Origin: Eledone cirrhosa
Taxonomy: Eukaryota
Reading direction: 5' to 3'
DNA length: 64,000 nt
Assembly (NCBI GenBank): GCA_964016885.1
Contig: OZ024743.1
Span: forward strand, 7,440,001-7,504,000
The notes under the pieces are model-generated. The model did not search any database. It was not told the DNA's origin and saw only the letters and a program-made list of their open reading frames with translations. Positions 43,923 through 58,204 of the stretch are shown piece by piece (position 1 is the stretch's first letter; each line of letters starts with the position of its first letter). A program made the position numbers and the translations under genes.

Positions 43923-44767
43923 TGTCGCAAAGTAACAGAGAAGAGAAAGGTGTAATTTTTTTAGGGGAGGTGATTTGGTTGCTATTTCTAACATTTCGAG
44001 ACACCATATAAAAGCCTCCTCGTTGATTCTTGCATACATTCGTAAGACAGCTGGGTGCGATTTGAGGGAGATTTGACTTCTATGAGGTGTAGCGACACGT
44101 AGATGTGCACTGTGTTGGCTCAAGCATATACATACATACACACATACAAACATACATACATGTACAGATACAAAGCATATGCATATGCTCACATATAACT
44201 CAAAACACACATCCACACATACATTAACATCCATACCTGCACACACACACATGCATGCAGACATGCAGTCATATCTATCTAGTTGATGTTGTTTAAATTC
44301 CATTGAGAAAGTCTTGTATCTATGTTAGAAACCGGCTCCCTCTCTATTGGTAAACATTTATAAAATTATAATAATAGAACATACATAAATACATAAGAGA
44401 GTAGATATGATTTAAAGAATATTTGGTTGCTATATTTAGCACGACTCGCTACCACGTAGAGTTCTTCATAGGTCCAAGCGTACATATGTATATAATACAG
44501 AAGACCATAGAATGTGATTTGAAGGAGATTTGGCTGCTATTTCTACTGTATTTAATTAGAACGTACTACATTTTTTAATGATCTATACGCTATTCTCCGA
44601 CGGAAATGTTTTGATATCTCAGAGATATCAGCTTTCCTCCCTCCGTAATTTTGAATCCGCTCTCATCCCTACAAATACATAAGTCGATGGGTGCATTCGA
44701 AAGGAAAATACACGCTGCATCCTTTCCAAAATGGAATCGAATGAAAATTACTTTGAAGGTTTTGGGA

Positions 44768-45112
44768 TGTAGCATGGCCGAATGATTAAGGAGTTTGCTT
44801 CGCAATCAATAGGTCTCGGGTTCATCCCACTGCGTGTCATCTTGAGCAAGTGTCATTTACCATAATTTTTGGGTTGACCCACACCTTGTAAATGAAAGAG
44901 GAAGAGAGAAACTATTCGGAATTCCCATCAGATGAACTGTACCTGTAATTCAAAGAACACCTTGTTCAACACTGTCACACTGAATCTCCATGATAATTAC
45001 ATTAAGTGTACACCTGTCTGTGGAATGCTCAGCCACTTACACGTTAATTTCACGAGAAAACTCTTCCGTTGATCGAACTGGAACACTCATCGTCGAAACC
45101 GACGGAGGTCTA
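44768..45112 (+). mobile_element. tRNA-derived SINE family 3
   Basis: TGGCCGAATGATTAAG A box, GGTTCATCCC B-box remnant, CTTGAGCAAGTGTC core; diverged copy at 61327-61665. Confidence 0.7.
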
Positions 45113-45761
45113 TTCCACTATGAGATTTACGCAATAAGGATTTGCAACAAATTGTTAATGCGAATGAGCATGTTAGGTATTTTTTAGCCGTGTACACAGA
45201 TACAACTATATATGTATATTATAGAAGAGGATACTTGCTCAACAAGACACTCTCATTTCGAAAGCATTTATGAAAATAAAATCAAAGCTAAAACTAAATA
45301 AGAACTTATAGAGTTGCTTCTGGTAAAGTCGATTAGATTTCTACCTATTGACTGAAGCATTCCTGTTTCGAGTCCAGTCCCCGCAGCATATATATTATTG
45401 GTAGTTTATAATTGTATATTGATATCAGCAAATTCGTAAAAATAATTTATAAGGCAGCTTGTAATTGTAAATACTTTTAACTTTTACGATTAAGACGGTA
45501 AATGTGGATGAAAGTAGTGTATTTTAAATTTTGACCAGCAGTAATGAGGAATATATAAATCTAGCTTGGCTTCCATATATGAATAAATGTTTCAAAATAC
45601 ATAAAACATAAGCCAAACTTAAGCCTTTTCAGTTTGCATTTTTATTTTTGGAAATAGAAAAATAAAAAAGAATTAAAAATCCTTAATGCTTTATATTTCA
45701 AAACAAATATAAAAACCTTCTCGTGTCGTGGCGAGATGGGATTTGTTGGTGTTTGAATAAG

Positions 45762-45876
<115 letters not shown>

Positions 45877-46791
45877 CACACACACAACATAAACACACAT
45901 GCACACAAAAATCTAACTAACAATAGCAAGATATTTAAAAAAAAAAAAAAAAATTAGAAAAATGCTTCTTTTTCAAGAGGAAAATAAAAGGAAAAGTGAA
46001 AAAAAAAGGCCTTTTTGAATCTAACATGTTTTTGGACAAAAATGGGGAAATCGGTATGGCAAAAGAATAGTTCAATGCAACCAAGCAAAAATAAATTCGC
46101 TTATGTTTCTCAAAACATGTTGGATATAAATTCAATAATCCTGCAATTGTGATCCTAACTTAAACTGTTTACTAAAATAAAGAAAATCATTGATTTTCAA
46201 TGATAATCATATTGATTACTGAATAGAGAAAGCTGTCGTCGTTGTTTAACCTCAGATCAACCTAGGGGAAGGTAGTATTTTAAGATGGTGATTAATGACT
46301 ATTTCTATTGTTTATTTTTATTTTACATCGCATTTTGTAAACAACAGCGTAATTCGTTACAGGTTTCCAGCGATCCAATCACAGGTTACCTACATTTCTG
46401 ATAGCGAAAGTAACAAGGGTACATTTGTAACTCGGTGGACTTTGTTCCAAGTGCACCGTTTATTTTTTTACTAATACAAGCATCGGCGAACGATATATAC
46501 ACAGACTTATATATACTATAGGCTTCTGTGCAGTTTCTATCTAACAAATTTCACACAAAATGTATTTGTTAACCGGAAGTTATAGAAGAGGACACTTGCT
46601 CTCATTTCGAGAGCATTTATGGAAATAAAATCAAAGGTAATACTAAATAGGACATTATAGAGTTGCTTCTGGTAAAGTCGATTAGATTTCTATCTACTGA
46701 CTGAAGCATTCCTGTTTCGAGTCCAGTCACTGTAGCACATCTATTATTGGCAGTTTATAATTGTTGATTGTTTCGTTACGATGAAATCTTA

Positions 46792-46875
<84 letters not shown>

Positions 46876-47803
46876 AAGAAGAATATACCCAACCAAGCTG
46901 ATATATTCTTGATACATTCACATGATGGGAATGTTTTCGGTGTTATCATAATGGCTCAAGGAAATATGGAACTCATCACCAATAGGAAGTAGAGCTGACT
47001 TTAAACTAACATACATTCAAAATTAAATGTAATATTTTAACCAAGTCGAAAAATAATGTTTGCATTTCATAGATCTTCCCAAGATATTATTCAAAACAAA
47101 TATTTCGTTGACCACTGAAATGTTTAAAAAAGGTGCGACAATGAATGGAAATACTATTAAAGTTATTTTCTTATTTTCATTGCATTAGGGTAAAGTTTCT
47201 TTGTCACAATGATAAAGATTAAACTTGACATTCAATGACACTGGTCATCTGCACCTACCATCGATGATTAACAGGACCCATAACTTCTAGCTTTAAAAAA
47301 TGCTATTTTCTGTTGTATTTAATCTATCAACTGTTTTATTTCTTCTTCAAATCCGGTAGTCTCTTAAGAGAAATCAAAATGTCTGCCTGTCACTCTAATC
47401 AACTGCTGTCGTCTGCTATTAACTTCAATCGATATGCAACAGCCCCCAGACACTTCTCCTTCTTTGAGAATTCACAAACAAACACAAAACAATGTATACT
47501 GCCAACCGCACATACAAAAACATTAGAGTGTATGCATATTGCCTTGATAAATATCAAAGTTTATATTAGTTACAAATGTATACGCATTCTCAGAAACGCA
47601 CTGTTGCTTGTCCATTGTGTGTGATCCTGATCACCAGTTTTGGTAAACAAATAATCAGTACAGTGTGTCCAAAGACAACTATTTGGAACAAGCCGAGGAT
47701 AGAAATTCATACATATACAAAAACACACACATTTCTAAATTAGCTCAAATGTTCATTTCTTTCTATCACATCTTCCCATCTCTGAGTGACTTTAACACAC
47801 ACG

Positions 47804-47839
<36 letters not shown>

Positions 47840-47879
47840 CACACACACATATATATATACACACACATACATATATATG

Positions 47880-48580
47880 GCGTAGTTCGGACCCATTTTG
47901 CTTCCCTGCTGGTAGAACTCTCCGAAAAAGGAAAACTCAATGAAGGTGAGAACCGGCTCAGCAAGACAGAGAAGAGTGGTAGTACTAAGGTAAGTTGTAG
48001 GGCAGAGGTTCTGAATTTTTTTCGGCCACCGTCCGCCCCGTGGCCACGTAATACCCTCAGTGCCCCCAACCCTATTTCCAGAGAGACCTGCCTACACGCA
48101 AATTGTAAATAATATATAATAAATAAAATCATTAATTTATATATAATAAATGATATAATACATATAGACTATGTATAAATAAATATAGATTTTTTATTTT
48201 ACTATATTTATATATAGTATGTATCATTTGATATTTAATATACTATTATATCTTCTCTACTGCTCCCTTAGGTCCCAGCGCCCACTTTGCGAACCTCTGG
48301 TATAGGCCGTCATCGCGAAGGATGACGGTGTAAAGGGGTGTGATGTCCAGGGTGAAGAGAAGGCGAAAGAGGCCAGGAGAGAAGAAGTTGAACAGTCGAA
48401 GAGCATAATTGGTGTCGTGGATGTGGGAGGGGAGGTCGGCGATAAAGGGGCGAGGAGGGTGTCAAGGTATTGAGAAATTATTTCAGTTGGGCAATTGCAA
48501 GTGGAAACGATAGGACGGGCGGGATTATTGGGTTTATGTATCTTGGGGAGGAAGTAGATGGTGGGTGTGCGAGGGGTGCG
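47880..48580 (-). mobile_element. Penelope-like element RT remnant interrupted by the hAT MITE
   Basis: Minus strand translates PRTPTIYFLPKIHKPNNPARPIVSTCNCPTEIISQYLD, the PLE RT N-terminal signature. Confidence 0.75.
48003..48299. mobile_element. hAT MITE, second copy (inverted relative to 5372-5710)
   Basis: CAGAGGTTC...GAACCTCTG termini, internal homology; TSD degenerate (TTGTAGGG/GTATAGGC). Confidence 0.8.
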
Positions 48581-48716
48581 TTGCGTGCGTTTGTGTGTGT
48601 AACAACAATGAAAGATTGAGATTTGACACCGGAATTACTCTCTCTTTCTACTCTAAGTTTCTCGAGTTAACGCTGATCACGCAACTGGGAATGATTTTAA
48701 CTTGAATAGTATATAT

Positions 48717-49025
48717 GGTGAAGGCACATGGCTTAGTGGTTAGAGAGTCAGGCTTACAATCACGAGGTTGTGAGTTTGATTCTCGGACTGGATTTGCGTT
48801 ATGTTCTTGAGCATGACACTTTATTTTACGTTGCTCCAGTTCACTCAGCTGTAGAAACGAGTTGTGATGTCACTGGTGCCAAACTGTATCAGTCATTGCC
48901 TTCTCCTTGGATAACATCAGTGGCGCGGAGAGGGGAAACTGGTATGCACGGACAACAGCTGGTCTTCCACAAACAATCTTGCCCGGACTTGTGCTTCGGA
49001 AGGGAACTTTCTAGGTGCAAATCCC
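48717..49025 (+). mobile_element. tRNA-derived SINE family 2
   Basis: TGGCTTAGTGGTTAGAG A box, GAGTTTGATTCTC B box, GTTGCTCCAGTTCACTCAGCTGTAGAAA core; copies at 56650-56978 (-) and 62677-62770. Confidence 0.8.
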
Positions 49026-49362
49026 TGAAGTAGGTATTTACCCTAGTATATATATGGTAACTATAGTGGATATGGCTATTATAATGATAAATTGTACCAA
49101 ATAGATGTTAAGATTTTCTGAAAAAATACTAGTGTGTGTTAGTAGGTGGCAGTATGGATACATTCTTTTCTTTTAACATCTATTTGCTAAAAATGAATTT
49201 TGTTTTAGAAATAAATATCAAGCCTATTTAATTTATTATCATAATAGCTACGCCCATTATATATGCCATATATACTGTTCATATTAAAATAATTCCCAGA
49301 TGTGTGATCAGCGGCAATCTACGAAACTCAGAGAAGTAACAGAGGGTAAACTCAGTAATAAT

Positions 49363-49578
49363 AATGGTTTCTGATTTAGGCACAAGACCAACAATTTTGG
49401 GAGAGAGGAAAATCGATTAAATTGATCCCAGTGCGTTACAAGTACTTTATTTTATCGACCCGTAAGGATGAAAGACAAAGCTAACCTCGGCAGGATTTGA
49501 ACTCAGAATCTAAAGGGCCGTAACTATATGCTGCAAAGCATGTTGTCTGATGCTTTACCGATACTGCCAAACAACCGC
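49363..49578 (-). mobile_element. SINE family 1 copy
   Basis: Family core and head. Confidence 0.8.
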
Positions 49579-50189
49579 ATTTGTATTCTGTAATAATAAT
49601 ACGCAACATTTCTTATCCCCCCTCAACACGTATGTGTGTATGTACTAGTAGAAAAGGGTGGTTTTCTGCTTGTAGGCATGTGTGTGTGTTTCGTAATGCA
49701 TCTATGAATGTACGAGTATACTAATGTATAGAAAGGGAATACTACATTTTTGATGTACGATTCGAACTTGCACCAACATATTTCCGTTTTGCTGTTTATT
49801 TTGATACAGTGAGGTTTATTTTCTACAAAATGGTGACTCTTCCGCAACTAGTATATGGCAGGATTGAAACTGCCCAGCACACCACCTTCGTAGAGATTCA
49901 AGCCCGTATCAATTTTCGGATACAATGGGTTTTTTTATCGACTCTCGAATACTCTTCTTTGAGGACGTAGCATAATGATTCGCTTATAATTAAAAGACAA
50001 AATTACTTTCTTGATACGATACGAACTTGCAACAACATACTTTTTTTTAGCACAACACTTATCTATATATCTAAAACAGAGAATGTCTGTCCGTCCGTTC
50101 TCTAAAACTCGAGGACCACCCAACCGATTGTTTTCAAGCTTTACACATGTAATACTTATGGTCCTGTGAGTGTTTTGAGCAAAAATAAA

Positions 50190-50358
50190 TTCAAATTTTC
50201 AATGCCCTAGGGACTGCATTAGGCGATTTAGCGATCTCTCTCTATAATTCTTAGTCTTTCTCTTTTTAGATAGATACATAGATATAACGTTGCGCCCTTA
50301 TAATATCTGTCTGTATGTCTGGCTGTCTGCATTACGACATTATGACGCTGTGTGTGTA

Positions 50359-50450
<92 letters not shown>

Positions 50451-50576
50451 CGTCATAATGTCGTAATACAGACAGCCAGATATCTATGTATCTATCTAAA
50501 AAGAGAAAGACAAAGAATTATAGAGAGAGATCGCTAAATCGCCTAATGCGGTCCCCAGGGCATTGGAAATTTGAAA
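50190..50576. repeat. Inverted repeat centred on a (TG)/(TA)/(CA) microsatellite
   Basis: About 50190-50358 is the reverse complement of about 50440-50576, with an indel of about 30 bp. Confidence 0.88.
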
Positions 50577-50823
50577 TAACAGATTAAAGTTTCAGCAAAG
50601 AATCGCTGCTTTCACCCTTAACGGGATCTTCTGAAACTAAAATTTAAAAAAATCAATCTGTGAACGCAGAAGTAAATATTTCGAAAAACGTTACACACTA
50701 TATATATATATATACATATAGTATATATATATATATATATAGGACATGGCAGCGATAATGAGGGACAGAGACCGCTGGAGAGAACTCATCCATGGATCTC
50801 AGGAATTTTACCCGCCCTAGATA

Positions 50824-50884
<61 letters not shown>

Positions 50885-51114
50885 TATATTATAATTTGAG
50901 ATTAAACTCTCAGTCGTTTACAATAAATCAGCTCCAGGAAAGAGGCATTTCCGAGCAGTTAAATACATTAATATATATGATAAACACAAAACGTGTTTGC
51001 ATTGTAACAGACAAAGTTAGCTATTAATGAAATAAACTAATTAAAGTGAATACAATTTGTCTGTCTGTCTCGATATAAGTCAATAAAGACAAGCTTATAT
51101 TGGCAAAGGCCGTG

Positions 51115-51439
<325 letters not shown>

Positions 51440-51670
51440 GGAAAGTTATATTTAAATTGTTGGGTTACAACGAGTAAATATTTATAACTGATATAAAAGC
51501 ACTCAACAATCTATCTATTTATAAGACTGTTTATATTGTATTTTGTCTGAAGAAGGCATAACATATTTTTAATATGATATCCCTGAAATATATATAATGA
51601 AATAAATATGGTTTTATAAATATAATTTCCATTTATTTAATATCGTATATATATATATATATATATATAT

Positions 51671-52860
51671 ATTACAGGGAAAAATGCGGGCGCATGTACA
51701 GAAATATTCTTAAATTAATAAACCTAGAAAAGTAAAGGACAAGTTATTACACCTGGAAAAGTAAAGGACAAGAAAACTTCTTCTTAAAACTTCTTAAAAT
51801 ATTGCAGCTATAGTATAAATTTGAATAATAAAAAATATTTGATTTAAATATACATAGAAAGTGATAAATTCTAATAATACAGTTGACTCTCTAATTGATA
51901 ATAATACTAATTTATGATCATTTATTTAATTTTGTGATCCTAATTTACACCATAGTGGTTGGGTCATTAAATAAATATACTTTATTTTACTTTACTAAAT
52001 GGGACTGAAAAAATGAGTGACAATTATAAACATCAAATAAAACAAAATTTTGGCGTGTAAATGACACTAACAATTAATTAATAATTAATTAGGGAGCCAA
52101 CTGTAATGATTAATAACAAATTATAATTGTTTAATAATGAAATTTAAGACCTGTCAGAGATCAAAATAACCAATCTACATTTTTAGGTAGAGTAAAATTA
52201 GACTAAAATTAAAAATTAAACATTGTCTAATTCAACAGTTCATCTAATGAATTGATGAATTCACTATAATTGATTGATTCACTATAAATGAATAATTGAT
52301 GAATTGACTAATTTTGCCCCTTGAGATGTTGAATTTTACTATATTATAAAAAAAATCTGTAATACTCATAAAAAGTGCAATTATATGATGCACTGTTTTT
52401 GATTTATTTTACTGCATTATTTTATAACTAAATTTTTAAAAATATAATTTGATTAAGAGTGAAAATTTTTAAATATCTTATAACATAAATTAATAAATTG
52501 TACATATTAATTATTATTATTATTAATTAATTATTGTACAAATTATTGTACAAATTTTATTTTAAAAAGATTAATTTGTATACACCAAGAAAAAAATTAA
52601 GTATACAGTAGTCAACTCTCCCTATAAGACAGTCATTTTTCCAGTCCTTTAAAGTGATATGTTTTTAACAATTAACTTATAATTATTTATTTTTAGTTTT
52701 ATAATCTAAATATTTTTTTTCAAATTTAGACTTTAGCTGCAATATTTTAAGAAGTTTTCTTGTCCTTTACTTTTCCAGGTGTAATAACTTGTCCTTTACT
52801 TTTCTAGGTTTATTAATTTAAGAATATTTCTTTACATGCGTCCGCATTTTTCCCTGTAAT
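51671..52860. repeat. About 130-bp inverted repeats enclosing about 0.9 kb of very AT-rich DNA
   Basis: 51671-51810 (ATTACAGGGAAAAATGCGG...) matches the reverse complement of 52735-52860. Confidence 0.85.
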
Positions 52861-52968
52861 CCACTTTTTTTCCAGGCAATGCAAGGATATTATATTAATA
52901 TTAATAAAAATATTTATCAACAAATAAGTTAAATAATAATGAATAGGAAGAAGTGCAGATAGGAAAAG

Positions 52969-53041
52969 TAATAAGGGTGGGAATCGAACCCACGACCTTC
53001 GGATTGCCGGTCCGCTGCTCTACCGACTGAGCTACCTGACC
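52969..53041 (-). pseudogene. tRNA-like sequence, anticodon GGC (Ala-like); probably repeat-borne
   Basis: GGTCAGGTAGCTCAGTCGGTAGAGCAGCGGACCGGCAATCCGAAGGTCGTGGGTTCGATTCCCACCCTTATT; intact D and T arms, weak acceptor stem. Confidence 0.7.
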
Positions 53042-53542
53042 ACAATTCACTATTGCACAATCTATCACTATTTTAATGTATTAGAAATTAGAAACAAACT
53101 AAGCGTTACTTATGTATGTAGTTCCTTACACTCTTTTGGGCCTCACTTATTTTTATGTAACTTTTTTTCTACTGAACCAAATTTCAATATTTTTATGTCA
53201 AAAAGTAGCTTATCTGTCGTCCTATAAAGTGCAAAAAACCGCATCCAATTCTATCAAAAATTGAATTAGTGACAAAGCTTTGAAGGTGTCGCGAGTGACC
53301 GAAATGGAACCTTAAGAATATTATACACCTACTACCGTAGGTGTAGGATATATATGTATATATATGTATGTATATATATATATATATATATATATACAGT
53401 ATTTTCCGTTGTGTTGTAATATTGTGTTGTAATAGAATGTCTGCATAACTAAAAGTTTGTAGATAGCTGTTTAGGTTATGTAACTGTTATAGAAACACGT
53501 GTCAATAAATTCCTTTCAACTAAACTGTATCCATTCAAATCT

Positions 53543-54635
<1,093 letters not shown>

Positions 54636-54923
54636 CAAATAACGAAACGAAATTAAATTTCGTTTCGTTTGTAACTCACTTTTGTATGACTGACGCTTAA
54701 ACAATTAAGTTAAAAATGTACATCCACATATGTATACTGAAATACTAGTATGCATATGAATACACACACGTATACATATGTAGATGTACCAAGTCTTTCA
54801 CTGGTCACTTTACTGTGAGTGTCCAGCTATTCTGTATGTAAACACACAGACAAACCGGTTTTTAGAGTCATACTGGTTTTTGAGGAAACACCTTTCCTCT
54901 ATTCTCCAGAAAGCCAGACAAGG

Positions 54924-54968
54924 AATATTGAACTAGTTTCGTTGTTGTTACAACTCATCAGCAATATT
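54924..54968 (-). ncRNA. Minimal type I hammerhead ribozyme
   Basis: Reverse complement of 55799-55843. Confidence 0.85.
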
Positions 54969-55389
54969 TACCTATCTACCGGCCTTTCTGGAGAATCGTA
55001 AAAGCACATATCTTTATATGCTTTTTCTATGAAAATTAGTAGTGAGCAGACTAATTTGCATAGAGTGTGAGTACGCACCGGTTCAACGGAGACGATAAAA
55101 ACAAATAACGAAACGAAATTAAATTTCGTTTCGTTTGTAACTCACTTTTGTATGACTGACGCTTAAACAATTAAGTTAAAAATGTACATCCGCATATGTA
55201 TACTGAAATACTAGTATGCATATGAATACACACACGTATACATATGTAGATGTACCAAGTCTTTCACTGGTCACTTTACTGTGAGTGTCCAGCTATTCTG
55301 TATGTAAACACACAGACAAACCGGTTTTTAGAGTCATACTGGTTTTTGAGGAAACACCTTTCCTCTATTCTCCAGAAAGCCAGACAAGG

Positions 55390-55434
55390 AATATTGAACT
55401 AGTTTCGTTGTTGTTACAACTCATCAGCAATATT
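55390..55434 (-). ncRNA. Minimal type I hammerhead ribozyme
   Basis: Identical motif 466 bp from the previous copy. Confidence 0.85.
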
Positions 55435-55798
55435 TACCTATCTACCGGCCTTTCTGGAGAATCGTAAAAGCACATATCGTTATATGCTTTTTCTATGAAA
55501 ATTAGTAGTGGGCAGACTAATTTGCATAGAGTGTGAGTACGTACCGGTTCAACTAGTATTTCAGTATACATATGCGGATGTACATTTTTAACTTAATTGT
55601 TTAAGCGTCAGTCATACAAAAGTGAGTTACAAACGAAACGAAATTTAATTTCGTTTCGTTATTTGTTTTTATCGTCTCCGTTGAACCGGTACGTACTCAC
55701 ACTCTATGCAAATTAGTCTGCCCACTACTAATTTTCATAGAAAAAGCATATAACGATATGTGCTTTTACGATTCTCCAGAAAGGCCGGTAGATAGGTA

Positions 55799-55843
55799 AA
55801 TATTGCTGATGAGTTGTAACAACAACGAAACTAGTTCAATATT
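55799..55843 (+). ncRNA. Minimal type I hammerhead ribozyme
   Basis: aatattg-CTGATGA-gttgt aaca acaac-GAAAC-ta-GTT-caatatt; 7-bp stem I, 5-bp stem II, palindromic ACTAGT stem III. Confidence 0.87.
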
Positions 55844-56061
55844 CCTTGTCTGGCTTTCTGGAGAATAGAGGAAAGGTGTTTCCTCAAAAACCAGTATGAC
55901 TCTAAAAACCGGTTTGTCTGTGTGTTTACATACAGAATAGCTGGATACTCACAGTAAAGTAACCAGTGAAAGACTTGGTACATCTACATATGTATACGTG
56001 TGTGTATTCATATGCATACTAGTATTTCAGTATACATATGCGGATGTACATTTTAAACTTA

Positions 56062-56119
<58 letters not shown>

Positions 56120-56649
56120 AAATGAGGTTTGGGCTACTTTTGAGTTTCTCGATCGAAGACTCTTTCAGAAACAATTACCACATAACAACTAGGGTTGATC
56201 TAGCAGATCTAACTGTTCTTGACTGTGGTCTGCACTGAACTAATTTATAACGAAAACAATGCACTGATCGAAGCTATATCGATGTAAGGCTCGAAACATT
56301 TAAAGCGAGACATACAAAGCATTTGAGTATTCTCAGTAACGTACATAGAATGCAATGATTTGGCACAGCATATTTAGAACCTAATGGAAAAAATATAAAC
56401 ATAAATATAATCTGAACCATAACAGATAGTTGTATCCCCTATGTTAATGGTTCTAAGAAGTGTCCACTATGCGACGCGGAAAAATACAGCACTATGAAAC
56501 AAATATGTTTTCTCGGTAAGACATGTGAGAACATATTTCGGTGTAAACATAAAAATAGTATCTATATAAACAAATTAGTCCCACTTGCAGTCCGCGTAAA
56601 TATCTGTTGTTGGCATGGAAGTGGTAGGATGATAATAAGAGGGTATAGA

Positions 56650-56978
56650 CCCAACTTAGGTCACGAATGACCATGGGATTTACACCTAGAAAGTTCCCTT
56701 CCGCGGCACAAGTCCGAGCAAGGTTGTTAGTGGAAGACCAGCAGTTGCCCATGCATACCAGTCTCCCATCTCCTCGCCACCAATGTTGTCCAACGCAATG
56801 GCCGATACAACTTGGCACTAGTGACATCGTAACTCATTTCTACAGCTGAGTAAACTGGAGTACCGTGAAATATGGTGTCTTGCTCAAGAATACAATGCAA
56901 AACCCGGTCCGAGAATCGAACTCACAACCTTACGATTGTAAGCCCGACGCTCTAACCACTAAGCCATGCACATTCACA
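56650..56978 (-). mobile_element. SINE family 2 copy
   Basis: Reverse-complement homology to 48717-49025. Confidence 0.8.
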
Positions 56979-57911
56979 GGATGATAATACTGTAGTAATA
57001 ATCAACATCAGCTATGACTATTCAACCGATTGACAAATGTAAGTAAGCTAATTGATTGACTAATGAAAATGATAGGCCCACAAATGAAAAGTCATCTGAA
57101 AGGTGGCAGAAACTGAAATTCGAGTGACCAAAACTGATACATGAATAAACTCCAGACTTTGTATTGAATACTGCTTTCCTGTTTCGTTCACGAAGTTTAA
57201 CTAATTGGGACTAGTAAGAGCACTATTCAACTTAATACTCCACACTTTAAAGAAAGTAAAGTGTAGATATTGTATATAAACATGCAAGCCTTACGGTCAA
57301 GCTTAAACTCTTTCGAAGTTTATGATTCATGATATTTTGAGCAACAAACTATTATGTAGGCATGGAGTCGGAGGAGCGGTGACATTTCTACCTAGGAGGG
57401 TATAAGTTATTTATCTCAATATCAGTTTTTAATCGGTACTTCATCAAAAGAAAATACAATAAATAGTAGGTTTATAAAGCCTTAAAAGTAGATTGACTAT
57501 GAAAGAAAGGCTGGTGGAATTTGGATTCAATCCTGCAGAAATATTGATTTCTTGGGAGGGGTGGATAACGTTGGAGAAATATCGAAATGAAGAAATATAC
57601 GGAGTAAAAATAAATTCATAAATAGGTGTAAAATGTTTCGAAGGAAAGAAATAAAAAAGGAAAACTGGAAAGTGTGACAGCATTTATGAGAGAAAAAGAC
57701 GCCGAGAAAATAGTAAAGAAGAGCATGTTAAATAGTTACACCTTTTCCTTTTCTACCTAGAAGAAAGACGAGAAAATATATTTCTGATTTAGAAATATTT
57801 TAGTTTATTCATACGTATAAAAGATAAAATCACATAGAAACACACACATATAAATGACATACAATGCATGAAATGAACCTACGGATAAAATAAAGGATTT
57901 AGATCACCTAC

Positions 57912-58204
57912 CCGTCTTCCAGCTTCATTGTTATGTAGATTCATAAGCATTCTGGCTAATCCTCGCGAGAAACGCGGATAATTTCGTTCTTTCTCTCGTT
58001 TATCAATAAAGCCAACAGCAAATTTGTAGGCATGTTCAATGTTGTCCCCACATTCTCCCCATAGCCAATCTTTATGTATCGTCGGTGGCCGAGGGGCTTC
58101 ACTGCATCCACACCGAGATAACTGACCTTGCTGACATGCTCGACTGATGGAATACACTACACCAGAAGAAGATATAGCATGTGTGAAACCATTTTCTCGA
58201 CTAC
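57912..58204 (-). CDS. Wnt5: Internal coding exon of a Wnt5-subfamily ligand gene (293 bp, phase 1 to phase 0)
   Basis: GSRENGFTHAISSSGVVYSISRACQQGQLSRCGCS...DWLWGECGDN...ARMLMNLHNNEAGRR aligns without gaps to vertebrate WNT5A as recalled; acceptor TTCCAG and donor GTAGGT at the conserved Wnt5 intron positions. Confidence 0.93.

Noticed and set aside
52969-53041. Functional tRNA-Ala(GGC) or bacterial contamination
   Set aside because: Acceptor stem has a mismatch and two G-U pairs, anticodon stem has a mismatch, and flanks are eukaryotic repeats
54819-55467. Duplicated 60-aa ORF as a small protein gene
   Set aside because: Non-ATG start, no recognisable motif, antisense to the ribozyme within the tandem unit
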